Below are positions 48,576 to 57,531 of a stretch of DNA of 64,000 nt, piece after piece. A model generated the notes under the pieces. That model had not been told where the DNA came from and did no database searches. It saw only the letters and a list, made by a program, of their open reading frames with translations. Each line of letters starts with the position of its first letter. Position 1 is the first letter of the stretch. The position numbers and the translations under genes are program-made. Source of the DNA: a candidate division WWE3 bacterium (lineage in GTDB: Bacteria > Patescibacteriota > 4484-211 > GCA-002791395); the NCBI GenBank assembly GCA_013335095.1, contig JAAXWF010000001.1, positions 381,984-445,983 of the forward strand, given 5' to 3'.

Positions 48576-50059
48576 GAGTGATTCTTGCCGCTACAGAGAT
48601 GGCACCATTACTAAAATTGGGCGGACTTGGAGATGTTATTGGCAGTTTACCAAAAGAACTAAAGAAGCTTGGAGTTGATGTTTCGGTAATTATTCCTTTT
48701 TACCATGAGGTTGAAGTTAGTAAAAGCCAAAAACCTTTGTGCTCGTATTCGATTGCATTTGCTGGTCAGGATGAATCGGTATCAATTTATAAAACGAGTG
48801 TTGATGACGTACCAGTATATTTGGTAGATAACCAGAAGTATATTGATCTGTATGAAAAGGTTGCAATTGCGTTTGATCAACGTGAGGTTGACCATTACGC
48901 CTTTTTTAGTAAAAGCGTCGTGGAGTTTTTAGGGCGTGAATATGATGGAATTTTTGATATTGTTCATTTACATGATTGGCACGTGGGTCTTGTGCCGCAT
49001 CTATTCAGAGTTCTTTTCCCAAATCGAATCAAACCGAGTTTTCTATTTACCATACATAACCTGGGATATCACGGATACTCCGAAACCGAATTAATTAAAC
49101 GACTTGCGATCAAAAATATTACCGAAATCAGCGACGATCCATTTTTTGATTTTGATGCTCGCCAAGACGATCAACTAGATCTCTTGTTACAGGGACTTAT
49201 CGGTTCAGATTATATTTCAACGGTATCGCCAACGTATGCGAAAGAGATTCAAACCAAGGAATACTGCGACGGTTTATGCGACATACTTCAGATCCGCTCG
49301 AATAAATTGTATGGCATTATTAATGGTCTAGATACTGAATTGTGGAATCCTAAATCTGATCGTGATATATATGCCACATATGCATTGGAGCCGATTAGTG
49401 AAAAAGATACACCTTCACTAATCTCAAAACGAATTATGGATGCAAAGGATTTAAATAAAGCATCTTTGCAGCATGATTTACATTTAACAGTAGATAAACG
49501 GGTTCCGTTGCTGGGCTTTGTGGGTAGGTTAGAACCGGGGCAGAAAGGTTTGGATTTACTGTACGATGCGATAACGAGCCTTCTAAGCGATGCCTCTTTT
49601 CGTTTCCAATTTGCCTTAATTGGGGTCGGCCTTCCAGAATGGGAGGAGCGTTTTAGGGCACTTGCAGAAAGTAATCCGAAACGCGTTTCTGCCTCGATCG
49701 TATTTGATGAGCAGATCGCACGAAGAATATATGCCGCGAGTGATTTAATGCTGATTCCGAGTCGATATGAACCGTGTGGTTTAGTTCAATTGATTGCAAT
49801 GAGATATGGAGCAGTGCCAATTGTACGAGCTACAGGGGGGCTAAAAGACACCGTAGAGGACGGGGTTGATGGATTAGTGTTTGAAAACTACGATTCATAT
49901 GAATTCGTTAATAAAATAAAATCGGGGTTGAATTCATATAACTATGACGATCAACATTTCAAAGAGATGATTATTCGTGGTATGAGTAAGGATTTTAGTT
50001 GGAATCAACCGGCTAAAGAATACATGAACTTGTATCAGAAGATTTTTACGAATAGATAA
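48572..50059 (+). CDS. glgA: glycogen/starch synthase (GT5), copy 2
   Basis: [49 protein letters not shown]. Confidence 0.75.
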   Translation: [495 protein letters not shown]

Positions 50060-50067
50060 TTAGGACC

Positions 50068-50256
50068 TTATTGTTTTGCGGCTCCCAAAAATTCTAATAT
50101 TTGATCTTTAAAATAACGACGATCACCACGTCCATTTATTTTTATAGGAATAAGTATTCCTTTCTTTTCCCATCGCTTTAAGGTTAGAGGAGTTACTTGT
50201 AATATTTCAGCAACTTGAGTGATTGTTAATATTTGCGGATAAGCTTCGAGCAACAT
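50068..50256 (-). CDS. small excisionase/MerR-type helix-turn-helix DNA-binding protein (62 aa)
   Basis: LTITQVAEILQVTPLTLKRWEKKGIL...GRGDRRYF resembles the excisionase-family HTH. Confidence 0.5.
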   Translation of the reverse strand: MLLEAYPQILTITQVAEILQVTPLTLKRWEKKGILIPIKINGRGDRRYFKDQILEFLGAAKQ

Positions 50257-50358
50257 ACTCTAAAATACTATATCAAACTGATTGCGAATGGTAAATGATA
50301 AAAGGAGGAAACCAATTCGCCCTACCGGCGTTTTCACCAAAAGGGTAGGGCGTCTTGA

Positions 50359-50739
50359 TTATTTGAGTTCTACAGCAGCTCCGGCAGCCTTGAGCTTTTC
50401 TTCCATCTTCTTTGCTTCTTCTGTTTTTACGCCTTCAGCAATGTTTGATGGGGTTTTATCAACTAAGTCTTTTGCTTCTTTGAGTCCGAGTTCTGGTTTC
50501 AATTCTCGAATAACTTTAATTACGTTAATCTTATTGTCTCCAGCACCAGTGAGGACAACGGTGTATGAATCTTTCTCTTCTGCGGCGGCTTCAGCACCAG
50601 CACCTGCGACAGGAGCGGCAACAGCCATTGGCGCAGCAGCAGAAACGCCGAATTCATCTTCGAGTGCCTTTACTAATTCGGCAACATCCATAATACTAAG
50701 TTCTTTTATCTGACTTACAATTTCTTCAACTTTAGCCAT
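50359..50739 (-). CDS. rplL: 50S ribosomal protein L7/L12
   Basis: [32 protein letters not shown]...; Ala-rich hinge. C-terminal domain. SD GGGGGTGAGG upstream. Confidence 0.9.
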   Translation of the reverse strand: MAKVEEIVSQIKELSIMDVAELVKALEDEFGVSAAAPMAVAAPVAGAGAEAAAEEKDSYTVVLTGAGDNKINVIKVIRELKPELGLKEAKDLVDKTPSNIAEGVKTEEAKKMEEKLKAAGAAVELK

Positions 50740-51271
50740 TTGCCTCACCCCCTCCTTTTTTCTCAATCGCGCTTAAAGCATAGACAAGGTTACGGACGTT
50801 TGCGGTAAGTACATAGGCCAATCCATAGAGAGGGGCCTTGATCTGACCCATGAGCCTTGCAACCAATTCCTCTTTAGATGGAAGCATTGATATATTTTTG
50901 ACTTGGTTTTCATCAACAAACTGATTTTCAATAATGGCCCACTTAATTTTGGGTAATTCATTCTTTTTCATGAAATCGGCTAATTTTTTAATTGGTGTAA
51001 CGATATCTTCGCCGATAAATAGGGTAGCTGTTGGACCGGTTAGATCATTATCTATGGCACGAACGGCTTCGACGTCATGCTTGCTCAACGCAATTTTCAT
51101 TAAAGTGTTTTTGGTAATTTCAATTGATCCACCATCTTCAGCTATTGCTAAGCGTAAATCTTCTAATTGACGATGGGTGAGACCTTTATAATCTAAAAAT
51201 ACGACACCAGTGGAGGTGTTAACTCGATCGGTAAGATTTTCAACTCGTTGTATATTTTTTGTGTTTGGCAT
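50732..51271 (-). CDS. rplJ: 50S ribosomal protein L10
   Basis: Typical L10 sequence and its position upstream of rplL. Confidence 0.85.
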   Translation of the reverse strand: MPNTKNIQRVENLTDRVNTSTGVVFLDYKGLTHRQLEDLRLAIAEDGGSIEITKNTLMKIALSKHDVEAVRAIDNDLTGPTATLFIGEDIVTPIKKLADFMKKNELPKIKWAIIENQFVDENQVKNISMLPSKEELVARLMGQIKAPLYGLAYVLTANVRNLVYALSAIEKKGGGEANG

Positions 51272-51423
51272 AAAGTTCCTACGTTGGATTTATTTCGCGG
51301 AAATGAAACCAACGGTCTTTGGATAACGTCGGTATTATATCTTAGCTACTATTATCTGACAATAGGGATTTGTATCAATGAGTAAGCCCGAGCTGACAGA
51401 TTGCTGTCAGCTCGGGGGCGGTC

Positions 51424-51780
51424 TTAAGCCTTCTGATCGATCCGCATTGTCGTGCTGTACCCCCCGGGGTGAACGACGAAGATGACGAGTGCCTTTTCCG
51501 GACCGTCACCGACCGTCGCTACGAGGCTAGAGGGAACTGTCGACCCGACGATCAACTGGTCGAGCGTCAGCCAGCGGTACTCGCCAGCTGGCACTAGTGC
51601 ACCCGTTAGATCGACGACAACAGCACCCTTTTCCGAGTGGCTTTCGCGATATGCCCAAAGGTTAGGCAGCTCGCGAACCAGCAGCTCCTGATCCTCTCGT
51701 TGTAGCCGCGTAACTAGAGCGGCTTCCTCATCGCCCGACATAGTCGGACTCCTTTCGTTATAGAGCCTAATTAACGACAA
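51424..51780 (-). CDS. hypothetical protein (118 aa), GC-rich, inserted between rplK and rplJ where rplA normally lies
   Basis: Coherent GC-rich ORF. No L1 features. Location read directly from gene order. Confidence 0.45.
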   Translation of the reverse strand: MSLIRLYNERSPTMSGDEEAALVTRLQREDQELLVRELPNLWAYRESHSEKGAVVVDLTGALVPAGEYRWLTLDQLIVGSTVPSSLVATVGDGPEKALVIFVVHPGGYSTTMRIDQKA

Positions 51781-51824
51781 TATTATTATATAAGAAAGAG
51801 ACCTATAAGTCTAATTACGTGGGG

Positions 51825-52247
51825 TTAAATCACATCAATGCCCATGGATCGGGCGGTACCAGCGATGATTTTAGCGGCTTGTTCAACGTTTTTGGTATTT
51901 AAATCAATTTTCTTTTCTTCGGCGATGCTGCGAACTTGATCCATCGTTATTTTACCAACTTTTTGACTTGGGCTTTTTCCGCTACCTTTAGGAATACCAG
52001 CGGCTTTAAGGATGAGTGAACTTGCTGGAGGAGTCTTAAGAGCGAGCTCAAAACTGCCATCTTCAAAAATAGTGCATTCTACTGGAATTATTTGACCCTT
52101 TTTATCAGCGGTCATTTTATTGTATTGGTTAACAAATTCCATGAGTGGCACGCCATGTTGACCTAATGCTGGTCCAACAGGAGGTGCTGGAGTTGCTCCA
52201 CCAGCGGGTAAATTTAATTTTACAACTGTTTTAACTTTTTTTGCCAT
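51825..52247 (-). CDS. rplK: 50S ribosomal protein L11
   Basis: [33 protein letters not shown]... canonical L11. Confidence 0.9.
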   Translation of the reverse strand: MAKKVKTVVKLNLPAGGATPAPPVGPALGQHGVPLMEFVNQYNKMTADKKGQIIPVECTIFEDGSFELALKTPPASSLILKAAGIPKGSGKSPSQKVGKITMDQVRSIAEEKKIDLNTKNVEQAAKIIAGTARSMGIDVI

Positions 52248-52357
52248 AACTTTTTTAACTTTCCAGACTGATTATAAATCAAGTCGTTAAATATGCAATC
52301 TCCGAAAGTGAAGAAATCAACTCATTATCTTCTATCGGGGGACAGTAGTGTTTCTTT

Positions 52358-52951
52358 TTAGAGTTTTCCGACCTGTAAGAAGTCTAATTCAACAGGTGTT
52401 TCACGTCCAAAAATTGAAACAAGTACTTTAATTTTACCGCGTTCGTGGTCAATTGAATCAACGGTACCAACGAAATCAGAGAATGGCCCGTCGATAATCT
52501 TGACGCCTTCACCAACTGAAAATTGAGTTTCATACTGCGGTGCTTCTTGCTCAGAGAATTTCTTGATTGCAGCAACTTCTGTTTCGGTCAGCGGTACTGC
52601 TTTTTCTGCGGTACCAACAAACGATGTTACTCCAGGAGTATCTTTAACCAAGCTAAAACTTTCGTCGGTTAAGATCATTTTTACTAAAACATACCCAGGG
52701 AATAGACGTTCGGTAATTTCGCGGCGCTTTCCTTCTTTAACTTCAATTTTCTGTTGTGTTGGAATATAGATTTCTTCAATTAACTCAGAGAGTCCGAAGA
52801 ACTTCATTCTTTTTTCAAGGTTAATCTTTACTTTATTTTCATGACCACTATACGTATGGGCGACGTACCACTGTGGCTGTCTTTTTGCCTCAAGATGTTT
52901 TTTAACTGAGGTTTCTTGTATCTCTTGTGTTTCTTGTCTTTCTTCAGTCAT
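52358..52951 (-). CDS. nusG: transcription antitermination factor NusG
   Basis: NGN domain (WYVAHTYSGHENKV). C-terminal KOW (GEGVKIIDGPFSDFVGTV). Confidence 0.85.
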   Translation of the reverse strand: MTEERQETQEIQETSVKKHLEAKRQPQWYVAHTYSGHENKVKINLEKRMKFFGLSELIEEIYIPTQQKIEVKEGKRREITERLFPGYVLVKMILTDESFSLVKDTPGVTSFVGTAEKAVPLTETEVAAIKKFSEQEAPQYETQFSVGEGVKIIDGPFSDFVGTVDSIDHERGKIKVLVSIFGRETPVELDFLQVGKL

Positions 52952-52970
52952 ATTTTTAAAAAACTAATAC

Positions 52971-53153
52971 TTATTGAATAAATGTTTCGATGACTTTTGT
53001 CAAACCGAAATCAATTACTCCGACATATGCACCAACTACTACGGTAGCTATTATAACAAGTGTTGTCATCTTTATTGTTTCTGCCCTGCTTGGCCAGCTT
53101 ACTTTCTTCAGCTCGGCGTACACATCCTGGAAGAAACCGATTACCGTTTTCAT
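52971..53153 (-). CDS. secE: preprotein translocase subunit SecE
   Basis: 60-aa single-TM protein (ELKKVSWPSRAETIKMTTLVI...) immediately upstream of nusG. Confidence 0.8.
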   Translation of the reverse strand: MKTVIGFFQDVYAELKKVSWPSRAETIKMTTLVIIATVVVGAYVGVIDFGLTKVIETFIQ

Positions 53154-53201
53154 TGACTTTTGATTTTACCATAAAACCCGGTATAATGGCAATTAACGCC
53201 C

Positions 53202-56000
53202 ATGCCCCAATACTTTAATAACACTGGCGATAGTCGGCCGATGTCGGTAGATGAGTCTCGCGAGCGATTAAAAGGACTTTTAAATCGCGATGGACAGCCT
53301 ACGAATACTCCAGTGCCAGAAGAGGGTGTCAAAGTTCGTTCTCGAATAATGTCCCAACTCCAAGAAGCTGCTCGTCCTATAAATCAGACCGAATCTCCCC
53401 AAGAAAAATCTTTTGTTCCCTTAGCTCAGGTCCATTCTGAAGATTCTTTGTCTAATGGATATGAACAAATGGACGCTCAACCCGCAGCATATAACGAAGT
53501 TCCTGTTTCACCAGTCGAATCTCCCGAGATCCTAAATCCTACGCCATCGTCAACCCCTGCAGTTATTGCACCACAGCCACAAGCAACCGAGCATGCTCAG
53601 GTCGCAGCGGCTACTGCCAAATTAGAGCAAGCGTACTCTGAAGAACCTGTTGATAACGGTCCTGCGCTCTCTACTGAAGTCGACTACAAAACGTTAAATC
53701 CCCAGAATGGAAATTATTGGAATACCCTTTGGAATAAGTTTGTTAAATCAGGTACTGTTTTTCATCAATCCGAAGAAAAAGTAGTGTTGGAGGTGTCGGT
53801 GCCTCAGGATAATGAGGTCGAAATTCCAGCGGCCGAACAACTCTATTCAAGTCTTACGAGTGTTGGGCAAAAACAAGGATTTTGGTTCGATATGGTTGTT
53901 GGTATACTGCCTCAATTTGAAATCTTTTTTAAAAATCCCGAGCATTCAATCTCGTGGGAAATTGCCGCTAATAATGATTCTATTCGTTTTTGGGTTGTTG
54001 TACCAAAATCAATTGCTGAGTACATCGAAAGACAGATTCACGGTAGCTATCCCGATGCTGATATCTCAATTGCTAAGACGGATGATTTCTTTTTAGAACG
54101 TGGTCATGTTCAAGTTTCAGAAGTCGCGATAAAAGGACGATCATTTTACCCAATTCGTGATGCTGAAGATTTAGGAGTTGATCCATTAAGTTCAATTACC
54201 TCAGCGGTAAGTAAATTATCAGAACATGAACGAGTATTGCTACAAATCATGATTCAACCAGCTGATGATGGCTGGCGGAATAAGGGACAGGCATTTATCA
54301 ACGGCGCTCAGAATCCGCCAAAAGATGATAAGGTTAGACGAAAGAACGTTGATCCTCAATTAATTCAGGCTGTCCAGGAAAAGTTAAGTCGTCCAGGGTT
54401 TCGGGTCGCAATTCGGATACTTGTTCAAGCTTCGGATCCGCAGCAAACCAAGATGCTTACCGATAATATAATTCGTACTTTTGATCAATTTGATATGCCT
54501 CAGATGTCGAATTTGATGAAAACCCACGTAAAGATGAATCATCAAGTAGCTGAAGCGATTGTTGTTCGAAGGTTTCCAGAATGGGGGAATTATCCGGTGT
54601 TAAATACAAAAGAACTAGCCGCTCTGTATCATTTTCCAAATAAAAATATTCATACTCCACGCTTATCTTGGTTACGATTTCGAAAAAGTCCGCCGCCAAC
54701 AAACGTTCCGACTGAAGGTTTGTATTTAGGAAAAAGTGAGTTTAGAGGTACTGATCTTAAAGTTCATTTAGGCAGGGAAGATCGACGTCGACACCTTTAT
54801 ATTATTGGACAGACCGGTACCGGTAAATCGGAATTCCTCAAATATTTGGCCTATCAAGACATAATGAACGGAGATGGGTTAGCCTTCATTGATCCCCATG
54901 GAGAGGCTGTTGAAGATATTCTCCAGATGATACCAAAAGAACGGGCCGAAGATGTGATATATTTTAACCCCGCCGATACTGAGCGGCCGTTTGGCTTAAA
55001 TATTTTAGATGCCAAAACGGAAGATGCTCAACATCTTGTGGTAAATTCCTTTATCGGCCTTTTATACAAATTGTATGATCCAAACCATAGCGGAATAATA
55101 GGGCCGCAACTTGAGCGTGCCGTGCGTAACGTTATGCTGACTGCAATGGCCGAACCTGGCAACTCGATGATTGAAGTACTAAAGCTTTTGGTGAATGATA
55201 AGTTTGCAGAGTCCAAGATTCCATTGATCAAAGACCCGTTAGTAAAGAGCTTTTGGACCGATCAGATGGCAAATACGTCTCAACAAACTAAATCAGAAAC
55301 ACTAGGATATTTTGTTAGCAAATTCGATCGTTTTGTGACAGAAAAAATGATGCGTAACGTGATTGGTCAGTCGACTTCTTCGTTTGATTTCCGCGAAGTT
55401 ATGGATAAAAGAAAGATATTATTAGTAAATCTCAGTAAGGGGTTAATTGGTGAAGATAATAGTAATTTTCTTGGGCTTATTATTGTTCCTCGAATTCTAG
55501 CAGCTGCGATGAGTCGTGCGGATATGGCTAACCAAGATCGAAAAGATTTTTTCCTATATGTTGATGAGTTTCAGAACTTTGCGACTCCCGATTTTGCTCA
55601 GATTCTTGCCGAGGCACGAAAATATAGACTAAACTTAGTTGTCGCTAACCAGTTCATTGCACAAATGAAGGAGGAAATTCGTGATGCAGTATTCGGAAAC
55701 GTCGGTACGATGGTAAGTTTCCGGGTTGGTGTTGACGATGGTGGGTATCTAGAAAAACAATTTGATCCAGTTTTCAAGCAGTCCGACTTGATTAACCTAA
55801 CCATGGGACAATGTGTTGTTCGTCTATTAATCGGGGGACAACAATCGAGGCCATTTTCATTCAAAACTGATTGGCCAGCTATGCAAGAAGTTAAGAAAAA
55901 CTCCAGAATCGCCGAAGTAATAAAAGAGATTAGTCGACTGAAGTATGGCCGAGACCGATCAATTGTCGAAAATGAGATAGCGGTAAGAGCGGGGTTCTAG
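53202..56000 (+). CDS. large soluble P-loop ATPase of the TraD/VirD4/HerA-FtsK (type IV coupling protein-like) superfamily, with a long low-complexity N-terminal half
   Basis: Walker A YIIGQTGTGKSEFLKYL. Walker B LYVDEFQNFA. Arginine finger-like region. No TM helices. TATAAT promoter at about 53175. Confidence 0.55.
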   Translation: MPQYFNNTGDSRPMSVDESRERLKGLLNRDGQPTNTPVPEEGVKVRSRIMSQLQEAARPINQTESPQEKSFVPLAQVHSEDSLSNGYEQMDAQPAAYNEVPVSPVESPEILNPTPSSTPAVIAPQPQATEHAQVAAATAKLEQAYSEEPVDNGPALSTEVDYKTLNPQNGNYWNTLWNKFVKSGTVFHQSEEKVVLEVSVPQDNEVEIPAAEQLYSSLTSVGQKQGFWFDMVVGILPQFEIFFKNPEHSISWEIAANNDSIRFWVVVPKSIAEYIERQIHGSYPDADISIAKTDDFFLERGHVQVSEVAIKGRSFYPIRDAEDLGVDPLSSITSAVSKLSEHERVLLQIMIQPADDGWRNKGQAFINGAQNPPKDDKVRRKNVDPQLIQAVQEKLSRPGFRVAIRILVQASDPQQTKMLTDNIIRTFDQFDMPQMSNLMKTHVKMNHQVAEAIVVRRFPEWGNYPVLNTKELAALYHFPNKNIHTPRLSWLRFRKSPPPTNVPTEGLYLGKSEFRGTDLKVHLGREDRRRHLYIIGQTGTGKSEFLKYLAYQDIMNGDGLAFIDPHGEAVEDILQMIPKERAEDVIYFNPADTERPFGLNILDAKTEDAQHLVVNSFIGLLYKLYDPNHSGIIGPQLERAVRNVMLTAMAEPGNSMIEVLKLLVNDKFAESKIPLIKDPLVKSFWTDQMANTSQQTKSETLGYFVSKFDRFVTEKMMRNVIGQSTSSFDFREVMDKRKILLVNLSKGLIGEDNSNFLGLIIVPRILAAAMSRADMANQDRKDFFLYVDEFQNFATPDFAQILAEARKYRLNLVVANQFIAQMKEEIRDAVFGNVGTMVSFRVGVDDGGYLEKQFDPVFKQSDLINLTMGQCVVRLLIGGQQSRPFSFKTDWPAMQEVKKNSRIAEVIKEISRLKYGRDRSIVENEIAVRAGF

Positions 56001-56211
56001 TTTATCCTTTCTTCGTTGAATAGTTACCCGACACAACATCTACCTGTTTTAAATTTTTAGGTTCAGTGATGAATACTCGTGTCTGGCATAAGGAATGGCT
56101 TTATATGTAAGAATTTACCAATGTTTATAACAGTATAAAAGTATATCAAAGAATAAAGAACTAGTGCTAATTGAGCAGCTACTTGGATTAATATTAGTAG
56201 CTGCTCATGTG

Positions 56212-56781
56212 TTATCGGGCTTTCAAAAAACATTCGAGGCATCGTGGTTCATAAACCTCTTTGCCGCCAACTATAATTGTCTCTTCGTCATTAACACCGC
56301 CCTCATTCTGGGGGAGGCGAATGGTCCGGGTTGCTTCTTCGCCGCACAGCGTACATATTGCCGTTAGTTTTTCTACTCGTTGGGCAATCGCCAGAAGACC
56401 TGGAATTGGACCAAACGGTAGACCTCGAAAATCCGTATCAAGCCCAGCGATGTAGACTTGAATTCCTCTGGAAGCCAATGTTATGACGACGTTAATTATC
56501 TCGTCGTTAAGAAACTGGGCTTCGTCGATTGCGACTACCTGCGTATCCTCTCGAATATATGCCAGAATCTCTTCGGCTCGCTGTATTACGATCGCATTCA
56601 TTTGCCGTCCATCGTGAGATACGATCCGATCTGGACTGTATCGTTGTTCGATAAACGGTTTGAACGAGATCCAGTTGAGCCGAGCTATCTCAGCTCTTCG
56701 GACTAGGTCTTGAAGACGGCTCGTCTTTTGGGCAAACATGCATCCGCACAATACCCAAATAGATCCTTTTTTGCCTGGCAT
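56212..56781 (-). CDS. tdk: thymidine kinase
   Basis: P-loop LCGCMFAQKTS. VVAIDEAQFL. C-terminal Zn ribbon (CTLCG...CLEC). SD AAGGAG 8 nt before the ATG at 56781. Extended -10 (TGGTATAGT). Confidence 0.75.
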   Translation of the reverse strand: MPGKKGSIWVLCGCMFAQKTSRLQDLVRRAEIARLNWISFKPFIEQRYSPDRIVSHDGRQMNAIVIQRAEEILAYIREDTQVVAIDEAQFLNDEIINVVITLASRGIQVYIAGLDTDFRGLPFGPIPGLLAIAQRVEKLTAICTLCGEEATRTIRLPQNEGGVNDEETIIVGGKEVYEPRCLECFLKAR

Positions 56782-56914
56782 GGCAAGGCTCCTTTCCGAA
56801 TCGTTGTGCTTTAGTCGCATCCGAACTATACCAGAAAATGTTATGGAAAATAAAAAAGCCACGACCCTTGGGGTCATGGCTTACAAGTTTAGTCGTTGGC
56901 GAACATGTTTATGG

Positions 56915-57415
56915 TTACCACGCTAAAGCGCCTGCCTCCATGAGGTCACTCAGGTGCTGCTTAATGTCATCACCCGAGAGTTCCTTGCTGTTTACATCGA
57001 TGAACTTCACCGTAACACCTTGGGGGCATTCACGGATCACCTGTTCGTAGATGTTCATGCTGGATAGACGAGTCCGACCGAGAGCCTCTGCCCTTTGAGT
57101 CAAGTCCCCGAATCCTTTCGAGCTTCCCCAATATACCCCAAATCTGACCGCATATTTGATCTTGCGTCCTTTTGGGGGGATTGAGGTTATTTGGACTTCG
57201 TGAATATAAAGCCCAATGTGACCCATGGGGAGGTAGGGGTCATCAGCCAAGAATTCGAGCATATTCTCAGGCCGAATCACTGCCTCGACCGTAATCTCGG
57301 TTACACCGAGATCCTGTGCCCTCGCGATGAATCCCTTGAGAGTTTTGAGGCGTTTGGGAATCAGACATCGCGTCCAGTCATAGGCTTTTTGAAACCTGCG
57401 AGTGATTTTGGACAT
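56915..57415 (-). CDS. hypothetical protein (166 aa), moderate GC
   Basis: SD GGAGGAC 5 nt before the ATG. Extended -10 (TGGTATAAT) upstream. Own terminator at 56860-56900. No family recognised (HIGLYIHEV segment). Confidence 0.5.
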   Translation of the reverse strand: MSKITRRFQKAYDWTRCLIPKRLKTLKGFIARAQDLGVTEITVEAVIRPENMLEFLADDPYLPMGHIGLYIHEVQITSIPPKGRKIKYAVRFGVYWGSSKGFGDLTQRAEALGRTRLSSMNIYEQVIRECPQGVTVKFIDVNSKELSGDDIKQHLSDLMEAGALAW

Positions 57416-57531
57416 TGTTCGTCCTCCATTTGGTTCGGCCTTTGGGCCGTCCGATAGCGTGTGAGCAGTACGATTATACCATTTAAAGAGAAAAGTGCTA
57501 AAGCGGCTGCTGTCGGATGGGCGATGGCACT

